From: Balanoglossus misakiensis
Taxonomy: Eukaryota; Animalia; Hemichordata
Length of the DNA stretch: 64,000 nt
Assembly (NCBI GenBank): GCA_040954595.2
Contig: CM082583.2
Location: forward strand, 6,012,849-6,076,848
Reading direction: 5' to 3'
Every line of letters starts with the position of its first letter. The first letter of the stretch is position 1. Position numbers and translations under genes: made by a program. Below are positions 15,501-24,500 of the stretch, in pieces. The notes below the pieces were generated by a model that was not told the DNA's origin, ran no database searches, and saw only the letters and a list, made by a program, of their open reading frames with translations.

Positions 15501-17023
15501 GAAAGGTCGTGACTGATATCGATACATGATACAGTGTACACTTTGGCTGCTAGGGGGGACAGAATGCAAATACCACTAGCGCGCTTTTAAATTGAATTTC
15601 GGCGTAATTGGCCTATCGTTTTGAATATGCCAACAATTGAAAGTACAAATGTACAGTGTATCGGGGGGGGGGGGGGGAAACGACCGATGGCGGCCAGCTA
15701 ATGGAAAGACACAGTAACCTAGCAACGCGCCCATTTTAAACATCCTCCACTCATGCTGAGATAAAACACTTTTTTTGAAAAATTACAGTATTTTTCAGCT
15801 AGCGATGTTTCGTGTGAAGGCCACTCAGTCATGGCTGAAAAGCCAATTAAATCACGGTGTTTTTTTTTCAATCTATGTCATATTCACATAATGTAGCTCG
15901 CCGTCTTCAACTTGAGATTCGCCGGCGATTTACAGGAATCCGCGTCTCTGATTAAGTTTCACCCACAGTGTGATCAAATCAAACATCAGGTAACATCATT
16001 TACAGTGGATTAACATCGACTTGCCATTAGAAACACGAGATGTCAAAATGCATAAATATTGCGGTTAAAATTCACTCACGTCAAGGTTAACAAACGCGAG
16101 AGAGCTCGGCGCGTTTAGGGTTTTTATGTATACTAAAATGTAATTACTTTTTTACTCGGCGCTTATCCTTCATAGCGAGCGCTCCGTTCCTACATCATTT
16201 GTGACAGCAGTATACAACAACATCCACTCTGGGCTGTGTCTAGGCCTACTTCGTGTACAATGATGGTTTTTTTTAAACGCGAGACACATTCTTATTTTTA
16301 AATTTGCTGAATATTACTGCTCGATATGTTTTATAATACGCCAAGTAGAAACAGAACGTCAGTGTAGATGCCACTCGGCAATATTAAGTGTATGACGTCA
16401 GAATAGAGAAAGGGGTCCGCGAGACGGATATTTGAATTTATGTTAAAACACGTAGCTACTGCATTGAATAACGAATCGCCTCCTGTGTCCCCGCGACACA
16501 TCGTTGGACTCCTTTCTCTCAAATTTGAATTCTCTGTTGGTCGGCGCAGGGGGGGGGGTGTCTTGGTGAAAGGGAAAGACGTGCTGGTGAACGTGAGGTT
16601 GGGGGTCGTCCATCAGTCGCCTTGTTACTCTAGTAATTGTCGCCATGTCTTCGCGAAGGGGAGATTTCTCAACTTGCATGGTTAGTGATATGGTAATGGA
16701 CTCTGGTCTGGGCGATAAAGTCAACGTACAAGGGCACCGTGGCGCTTTATGAGCTTTCTTGCCCACGTCGACGTCATCCATGCACGTAAAACACTAATGC
16801 TTAAAGATATATATTTTATTTGCGAGGTATTCGCGAGAAAAAAACACCCTGGAATATTGAATGAGTTCAGTAACTGTAGAGTCGAGAGCCATTAAGGGCG
16901 AGCCTTAATGTGCTCTCACCGTAATACCGCGAGGGAGCGTTGCAGTATGGAACGACTCCTTCAGGTGTTACGACTAACAGCGTATTGAGCACTCAAACAA
17001 CAACAACAACGTCTATACAGGGT

Positions 17024-17029
17024 ACTTAC
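17024..17029 (-). other. 5' splice donor (GTAAGT), phase 0, start of a long intron
   Basis: Minus strand reads ATG CAA TAT|GTAAGTACC, a perfect consensus donor at the point where GPCR similarity ends. Confidence 0.9.
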
Positions 17030-17503
17030 ATATTGCATGTATCCGACGAAACGACACATGAAGTCGCCCAATATCCACACAGGTACGCCGTAGAGAGCCG
17101 CGGTGGACGTCGTACATATGAGCAAAAAGGCGACATCTGTTAAGGCCAGGTTAGCGATGTAGTAATTGGTCACCGTCTGCATCTCCTTGTGTTTGAAAAT
17201 AATGTAGAGCACTATGGAGTTGCCGGTGACGCCGACCAGAATGATGGCGGAGAAGAAGATGGGGACGAGGACGAGCTCGACGCCCACCACGGGCCGCTCC
17301 ACGGTGGTGCCCCGGTTGTTCGGTTCGGTGGAGTTGGCGGTCACGTTCAGCGCCGTCGTGTTAAATCCCGACTGAAGATCGTCGCCCGCGGCGGGGTCCC
17401 AGATATCCGGCGAGTGGCTGTACGGGTACATAGTCGGGTGGGTCATCGGGCTGACTGTAAATCCAGGAATGTTCAAACTGGCCGAGTAGTTTGAGATGGC
17501 CAT
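17030..17503 (-). CDS. First coding exon (158 codons: N-terminus, TM1, TM2, ECL1, start of TM3) of a kisspeptin-receptor-like (KISS1R/GPR54-type) class A neuropeptide GPCR; remaining exons not found in window
   Basis: Translation shows N-glycosylation sequons (NYS, NTT, NVT, NST), TM1 '[24 protein letters not shown]', ICL1/TM2 '[27 protein letters not shown]' and ECL1/TM3 '[16 protein letters not shown]'. These match, from memory, human KISS1R '[27 protein letters not shown]...WVLGDFMCKFVNYIQQ'. The ATG has good Kozak context (gaaatATGG). Similarity stops exactly at a TAT|GTAAGT donor (intron starts 17029); the ORF-track tail [11 protein letters not shown]... is intronic read-through. Confidence 0.93.
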
Positions 17504-17645
17504 ATTTCAAAGCGGTGTTGTTCGCTCGATATAGCTGTTTTTTTTCTCTCTGTCAGCCGGAGATACTGGTACGGTTTCAATGTAATCAACGTAGGCTGCA
17601 ACAGCTGCTACCAGCTATTTTGTTCTGCAAGAGAGAGATATATAT
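17504..17645 (-). other. 5' UTR part of the coding exon (17624-17504) preceded by a splice acceptor (polypyrimidine tract + TTGCAG ending at 17625)
   Basis: Minus strand reads tatatatctctctcttgcag|aacaaaatagctgg..., a strong acceptor 121 nt upstream of the ATG, implying an upstream non-coding exon. Confidence 0.65.
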
Positions 17646-19052
17646 ATACAAGAAGTACAATCAGAGATAGGCAGTCGATTCTTAACTTGATACAGTTAGA
17701 CGAACGGACAGAACGGAACCAAGGCAAACGCATATTGTTATCTGTTGACTAATTGAAGTTGACAGACCCGGTTTGAAAACACTGTATCGTTTGTCTACAG
17801 TGACCCGGACAAGGTACTGATTCAATAACACACGAAATAACAATACATCTTTTTACAACGTTAAGTGGAACAGTGAGGCAAGGGCCTACATGTTCTGTAG
17901 AGCTTCATTTACTTGTAAATAAACCAGAATTAATATATCAAATAAATCATCATCAGATTATCCCCGATTCCTTAAAATGCCACGACTATGATTTAACTGG
18001 GGGAAAAGAGGGAGACACTATCACAAATATTATTCCGAGATTCTTTCCAACCGATTACACGCGGTCCCATTAAAGGTTCAAAATATTTCTGATGTAACAG
18101 GTGATACAACCGAAATTGCAGTAAAAAAATACAAGTTACAGGAATATCGTAATCTTTCATATAAATCAGGTGTGCATATAAAACAATCCCGAGAAAATGT
18201 ACATTCCCATTCGCACAGGCGAACAACAACAAATGTGTTGTTGTTATTGCTAGTAACTCCGTACACGGCGGAAAATGTAAAAGGTGTTTTTCTTTCCCTA
18301 ATGTGTAAAGCCAAACGTGTAATTCCATCTTTCCAAGCAAAGGTGACGCCAGTAACCGACACAGACAAATGTACAGATTTATCGATGTTGGACCCGTTAA
18401 GTGAAAAGCAAGGGTCGTTCCTCTCTGAATGTCAGATTCGTGTAGTGTAATCGAGACGATCCGCGCACACTCCAAAAACAATCGAAGCCGTGACATTTGT
18501 GTTACTGTACAGCTCTCCTGACGTCGTCGGCATGTATCGTCACCGGGGAGAGAGAGGGAGGACGTGCCTTATCAAACGAGGTTCTTCGGTCATCCTCTGT
18601 AAACCCAGAATAGCTAAATAAGGAAGTCAGACATCTATTCAGAGGTTTGTACTCTTCCCGAGAGACGAGCAGCGCATAAAACCGGGTTCTACGAATATAT
18701 ACATGATATGTATGTAGTATCTCTTTCAACCACGAGAGAGAGAGAGAGAGCATGTTTCCAACTTCAAAATAATATATACGCTTCCGCCCTGCGATATTAT
18801 TCTCACCGACACCCATGGGTGTATATTGATTTCTCTGAAATCGGATAGTATTTGACACCTTGAAACCACTAAATGGTTTTCTCGACGGTGTCACAAGTGG
18901 GCACGATTCGACGGTGTTAAAGTGTGAGGACGCCCGGCTACATGCATGCGAACAAGCTGTATACACGGTTGTCAGATAAACATTGCCTATATCTTCGTCG
19001 GTTTGTGATTTCTACGACCACTTTGTTGACGCAAAACTGTATGAGCACCTAC

Positions 19053-19208
19053 CATGCTTCGTCGACACCTCAGCGTCTGTGTTCCCGGTCAAAGTTCCCA
19101 GTCGCCAGGTCGAAATCTAGCCGCCGTATACGGACGGACGGACGAGCGCACCTCGGTAGATATATGAAGGTGTATATACGCAGAGAAAGGGTCGCCTGGA
19201 ATCCCACT
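19053..19208 (-). other. Putative non-coding first exon of the GPCR transcript
   Basis: Runs from the predicted Inr to the first plausible donor, CATG|GTAGGT (intron starting 19052). An alternative donor TCG|GTGAGA exists near 18805. Inference only. Confidence 0.35.
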
Positions 19209-19241
19209 GACTTCACCTAAGCCTCGCCAATTTTTTTTATA
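19205..19241 (-). promoter_or_regulatory. Candidate core promoter of the GPCR: TATA box plus initiator (predicted TSS about 19208)
   Basis: Minus strand has TATAAAAAAAA starting at 19241 and TCAGTG (Inr-like) at 19210-19205, with the A 33 nt downstream of the TATA T. The surroundings are CpG-rich, with CCAAT motifs upstream (~19508, ~19676), and the orientation matches the GPCR. Confidence 0.5.
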
Positions 19242-21307
19242 CTCGCGCAGGAAATGCCGGAGCACGGTAAGCCAAATATATATCGTCGTGTCGTAAAATA
19301 TTACGAGTTTGGTGAGAAGCTAAAATTTGCCATGCATCGTTAACCTTGTTGTAACAGCAGTAAGCACTAAACCCGCTGCGATCACTCCATCAACTGACAC
19401 GCACTAAAGCTGATTGCCGCGATATAGCCCTACGTTAGCGCACGCACAATAAAATATGACGCTTGGCATAGGTAATGTGCCCGGCATTAGCATAATGAAC
19501 GCCCCTCATTGGTTAACATCAGGCAAACAACAGAAGCCAAGTAACTTACTGGATTACTCAACGCGGCCATCAGCCAAAGGCGCACCTTGATTAATCTCCA
19601 CAGCCATCTATTTTTTTTAATCGAAACAATTACTTATGCATAATCCGGCTCATTTAATATGAAAGCTAAAGGCTGATTGGTGATTGAAATCACATGCTCC
19701 TTCCGCACAGAAACAAATAGAAATTGCAAAAACGCGAGCAATTGATAGGCCTATATTTCCCGGGGAACACAGCTGGGCACCGTAAAATTCATGTCAGTCT
19801 CCGCCCCGTGTTTGTTTGTTAAAATCCAGTGTCGTCTGAGAGATTTCTACATTCATCGATCAATCAGCCGCCGCCCTGTCCCTTGAACCTTGGGCTCGCC
19901 GCCGCAATCACGCCGAGATGATTTCGGGACGACACCGTGAAATTGATTTGCGCAGACGTCTCGGCAAACAACACATTATTGTATTTTTTTTAACAGTTAC
20001 CACGCGACATTGATTGGTCGTGCTTTGCCCTGCAACATCGATCTACTTCATCACGTTGCAATGATTCACGGTGGCGGACATCACAAAACGGGGAATGCGA
20101 CGAACAAAACTAAAATTGATTATGACGACAAATGACACATCTTGCCCGTTGTAATCGCCCCTCAGTACTAACTGTCTGAAAGAACAGCGATATTTACTGA
20201 GCTCTATACCCGAATTGAGTGAACGCCTTTACGTGCCATTGGTAATCTGAAACATGTCGATGAGCCATTGTAATACTTGATTTTTTTCACGGTGGTTGAT
20301 GACACAAACCACCGCTATTTGATGGATTATTAGCAACTGCAATAGCGAACCACTAATTCAAAAAATGACATCAAACATGCGATGGACTTAGTGCAATAAG
20401 TGTTATATGACTAACAAGCGAATGCGATAGACAACAAGCGTCATTATATTACATTACATTAATTACATCATACAACATTAGACATTACAAGACATTAACA
20501 CAAATATTTACTTTGCACGTTCCCATGTGATTTTTGCGTTGAAACATCCAAAACATGTGTACATGTTTACTATAGCTACAAAGTGACACCAATCCAAGGT
20601 AAATGTGGTTTCAGATATTTCTTGCGAATGTCCCAAGCTGTTGTTTTGCGACTTGTCTCCCACGTAGCGATGTGACAACTGGGAAAACTACAGACGTCCC
20701 TAACTGTCGCCACCTTAACAGTGAAAATCACTCGTTCCTCTACAAAACTTGAACCCCGAAGAGTTACAAAACCTAACGCACGCGAAAAGATGACCGGCTT
20801 CCTCCACCATGTCCACCAAAACTAATGCTATAGATTTATGTCCCTGGACTGTCGGAACTACGGTCTACACATGGACTGTGTGGTGTATGAACTACTGATT
20901 TCGCTTTCTCTGCAACTAAATGACTGTTCCAAGTGGGCGCTATTGGTCATTCTGGTGTTTTTGCCACCGACCGCGAGATGGTAAGGGTTTCCTTTCTTTT
21001 GCGATTAAAGCGCAGATAAGTATCCCAATGTATACAGGAGTACTTACAACGCCCACTCTACATATCTTATGCTGGTTAAGTAAACGTTATCTGGAAACAT
21101 TGAATTATTTAGATGACAGCATAAACGAAAGAGACATCGCCATTGTGCTGAGGGAATGGTGGGCGGGAACCACTGTGTACAATGCAGGTAAGATTTGAGT
21201 AACGGTGTGATATCGGGAATGTTATCTGCAGCTCTGAGACAAGGAGAAGCTTTGTAGCCAAATCCGGAATGGATGCGATCCAAGCACTGACCCAAGCACT
21301 GACATGA

Positions 21308-21557
21308 TCAGCGACCCTTACAGTGAATCGAAATTGAAGTATACATATTGCAGAAGAGGGTGGCTACAGCCATGATTGCCTGAACGGTCGGGCACGACGA
21401 CGGCAACAACGGTCGAGGGGGTAACGTGTGCATGTATGCCGCCCGCGTTGAACCAGTCAAGCGGGGGGGGGGGGGGGACGCCGTGATACACGGAGAGTGT
21501 GTCAACCGATGATGACAGTGAGTCTGGAGGTTGACCCGTATCCAGTGACACCGGCAT
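21308..21557 (-). pseudogene. Possible decayed GPCR-like exon (N-terminus + TM1), frameshifted
   Basis: GC-rich island. Removing one C (GTG CCC GAC -> GTG CCG ACC) joins two overlapping ORFs into ...PSTVVAVVVP-TVQAIMAVATLFCNMYTSISI, a TM1-like hydrophobic run with Asn near the 1.50 position, followed by a stop. Weak similarity, judged by eye. Confidence 0.2.
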
Positions 21558-24500
21558 GTCGTTATGGAGTCAGCCAAGTGCTGCAGCAGTGGCACGAAAG
21601 ATTCAGCAAGACGGGCTCTTGAGAATTGAGTGGCAAATTGCTGGAAAGGCTCTCATTATGCCTGTTTACAATGGCGGTTGCAGTGACCTTTCCGGTGAAT
21701 TACCGACTGATGGAATACGTTTAAAAGTGGCTTTTCATTGACATTGTATAAATCTGTCGAATCTACCATTCTAGAACAAATATTATCTTAGAGATATTTC
21801 CTCTATATGTCTATCTGTCTGTCCGTACAGACAAAAAATCAGTTATTAATTTACATTTATACTCAGTCACAGAAACACACACAGAGTATATGTACAATCA
21901 GTATAGTATACAAACAATATAACAGTATATATAACAGTAGTATAGTATAACAGTATTTACATAAAATGTTATGTTAAATAAACGACAGAATCATAGAATC
22001 CATAATTCTGTCCGATAATTACAACCTGTATTAAGTTTATTAAAAAAAACGCCTGCGACAGAGCGCACCCACGGTTGTTTTCTTCAAGTCCGTTATTTTA
22101 GCTACTGTTCCATTTGCCAGATCACGTATGTTTTAATGGTTAATGAGACGCTTCATTGTCAGCTTATCAGGGTATCTTAACTGGGAGTTAGTTAGCGGGC
22201 GTATTTAACACAAATGTCTGCTACTCTTGCAAACAGTTACATCAGTCCCTGATTGTGTTTGAATAAAATGTTATTAAAGCAACTTGGGAAAAAACAGGTT
22301 AAATATTGCAGAACCTGACGAAAACACGATTGCAAATCACGCCGTAAATTCGCGGGAAGAGGGCGTCATCAAGGAAATAAATATTTATTAACGTTTTTCG
22401 AAAGGGTCGCGCGTAGTTAGTGTTCAATTAATGGGAGTCTTCAAATCGATTCCCTTTCTCATAAAATGAAATAAATAAACCATTAGCCTGAGAGGTCATA
22501 AAATGAATTGTTATGTACCAGAAAGTGCCCGATTTGTTAAGATTCGGCCGGCATATTTCGTTGTCATCGGCTGTCAGCGTCAAAATGAATTGTTATCATT
22601 ATTGCATGTAAGCAGGGCTTTCGAAACCCCTTACCCTGAAACTTGAAATCTGCTGGTCTCGGACAAAATGTTGTGTGTGCGTCTACTTGTCGTTTCCGAA
22701 GCCTAAATTGGAGTCGATGACCGATAAAACGTAATCAATGTCATTACCAGGAGGCATTACCTTTCCCCTGTGCCGAACTACACGTCAGACATTTAAATTG
22801 TCGCCAGAAAACGGTGAAGGTAACTAAGGGAATGGATTATTATTCATTTTACATAATGAAAATAAGTTGTTATCAAATATAATTGATTGGTGTTTTGTCA
22901 ATATTAAACACGTCATCATCATCATCTTCTTCTTCTTGGAATCTCTCATGTTCAACGTTTTGATTATTTTAAATGAACTGTTTATTTTACCCCCGTATTT
23001 TACCGAAATGATGATTTGGGAATCCGTCTACGTTCACATGTTCACGTACATGTTAGCTTATGTGCGTGAATGAGAGTGTACATTAGGGAGAATTTTGAGA
23101 GATTTGGGACGATTATCCGATTATCTGGAAATGTCAAGGCGAAAAGTTGGGCCACCTCCCAGATCCGGTTGCAACGAGTCGCCGTATAATGCGACGGTGA
23201 AAGCGTGGCGTCAGCGGCATGTGGCACTGTGTCTTTGCATCGAAGGTAATATAGACGGTGCCGGCGTGTGCGGAGTGCAGACAGACTGCAGAGCCAAACC
23301 GTGGCCGGTGCATACAGTCACGTCCGGAAAGGATCGCCAGCGTTACAAGCTGTAGGGAACAGGGCTGTGGATATCCACAACATGTAAATGTGTCTGTCTG
23401 CCGTGCGCAATGGACCATTCTCTGAACTCCACGAGACCCCGCGAGATCTCTCGTGGCTGGGCAGTTTATATGTGAGTACATTGTAACAGTTTGGCACAAG
23501 AAAAAAACATGACGTAGCCCATCGTGTTAAAAGCCACAATAGTTACATTTTTTTTAACCTCTGCACCTATACTAGTTTCATACATGGCGTGACTTGTATC
23601 ACCAGGCTGGCATCCCGTTGCTAAGGTAATTAACGTCTCTCGAGATCTCGCAATGGGCGGAAAATCATCTATTGAATGCATTGCTGGGAAACGTCGCGAC
23701 TCCCCGGCTCGGGCTGTGTAACACTATGACCAGAAGTGCAGCAACTTCGCTAAGCACGTTTTTTCTCTCACTAAAACACTAAGTACAGACCGAACCATTT
23801 CAATTGTTGGAACAGCTTTAAACAAAGCAAACACGTGACGGATAATTTTTAATTCGCATCATATGTTCGCATTGCATCACTATAGAAAATGTGTGACCAG
23901 CAGGGATATAATAAAACATCATGCTATATGTACGTCTAAGTTAAAATTAACACACTACGTGGTTCCAAATCGCTTTGCTGAATTTCGTTTTTTTTCGATA
24001 ACATAATTTGTCCTATAAACGTTAAGAAAACACGTAAACACGTCATGACGTGAGTGAAAATACCGCAGCAACTGAAGGACATTGCCGTTTGTTATTCGTT
24101 GTGAACAGTACATAATTACGGTTGGTTTTCTACGGATCCTTTTACTTGTTTATCATCACTGGCCTCCGTCTACCTCCCTGATAACCACAGAATCGAATAA
24201 CCACGGGGGCCGTCACCCTAATTATATAGTAAATAACTCATCAGAATAACCGCACGGAAGGTCACGGATTGCCGTGCGCTGTACCTTTGAGATGATCAAC
24301 AAGGCCTATACACTGGCAAGGGGGGAAAGTTTCGATTTCCGTTCACGTCCGAGAGCAATTTGTTAGATAAGCTCAAGGATAGATGGAGTGCAAATCCCCG
24401 CTAATCCGCATGGTATTTCTATAAAGACACTTGGATACCCCCAGCTCTATTTTCACTATTCAGCAGTGTACCTACCCTAAAACGCGAGCTTTGCTTTCGA

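Noticed and set aside
16961-17029. C-terminal 22 aa of the 180-aa ORF ([15 protein letters not shown]...)
   Set aside because: Read-through past a perfect GTAAGT donor; the Cys run comes from a (GTT)n-type microsatellite.
17189-17494. 101-aa plus-strand acidic/Gly-rich ORF
   Set aside because: Antisense shadow of the GC-rich GPCR exon.
17993-18966. Two long minus-strand ORFs (167 and 154 aa) upstream of the GPCR exon
   Set aside because: No recognisable domains or protein-like composition; they lie in the predicted 5' UTR intron.
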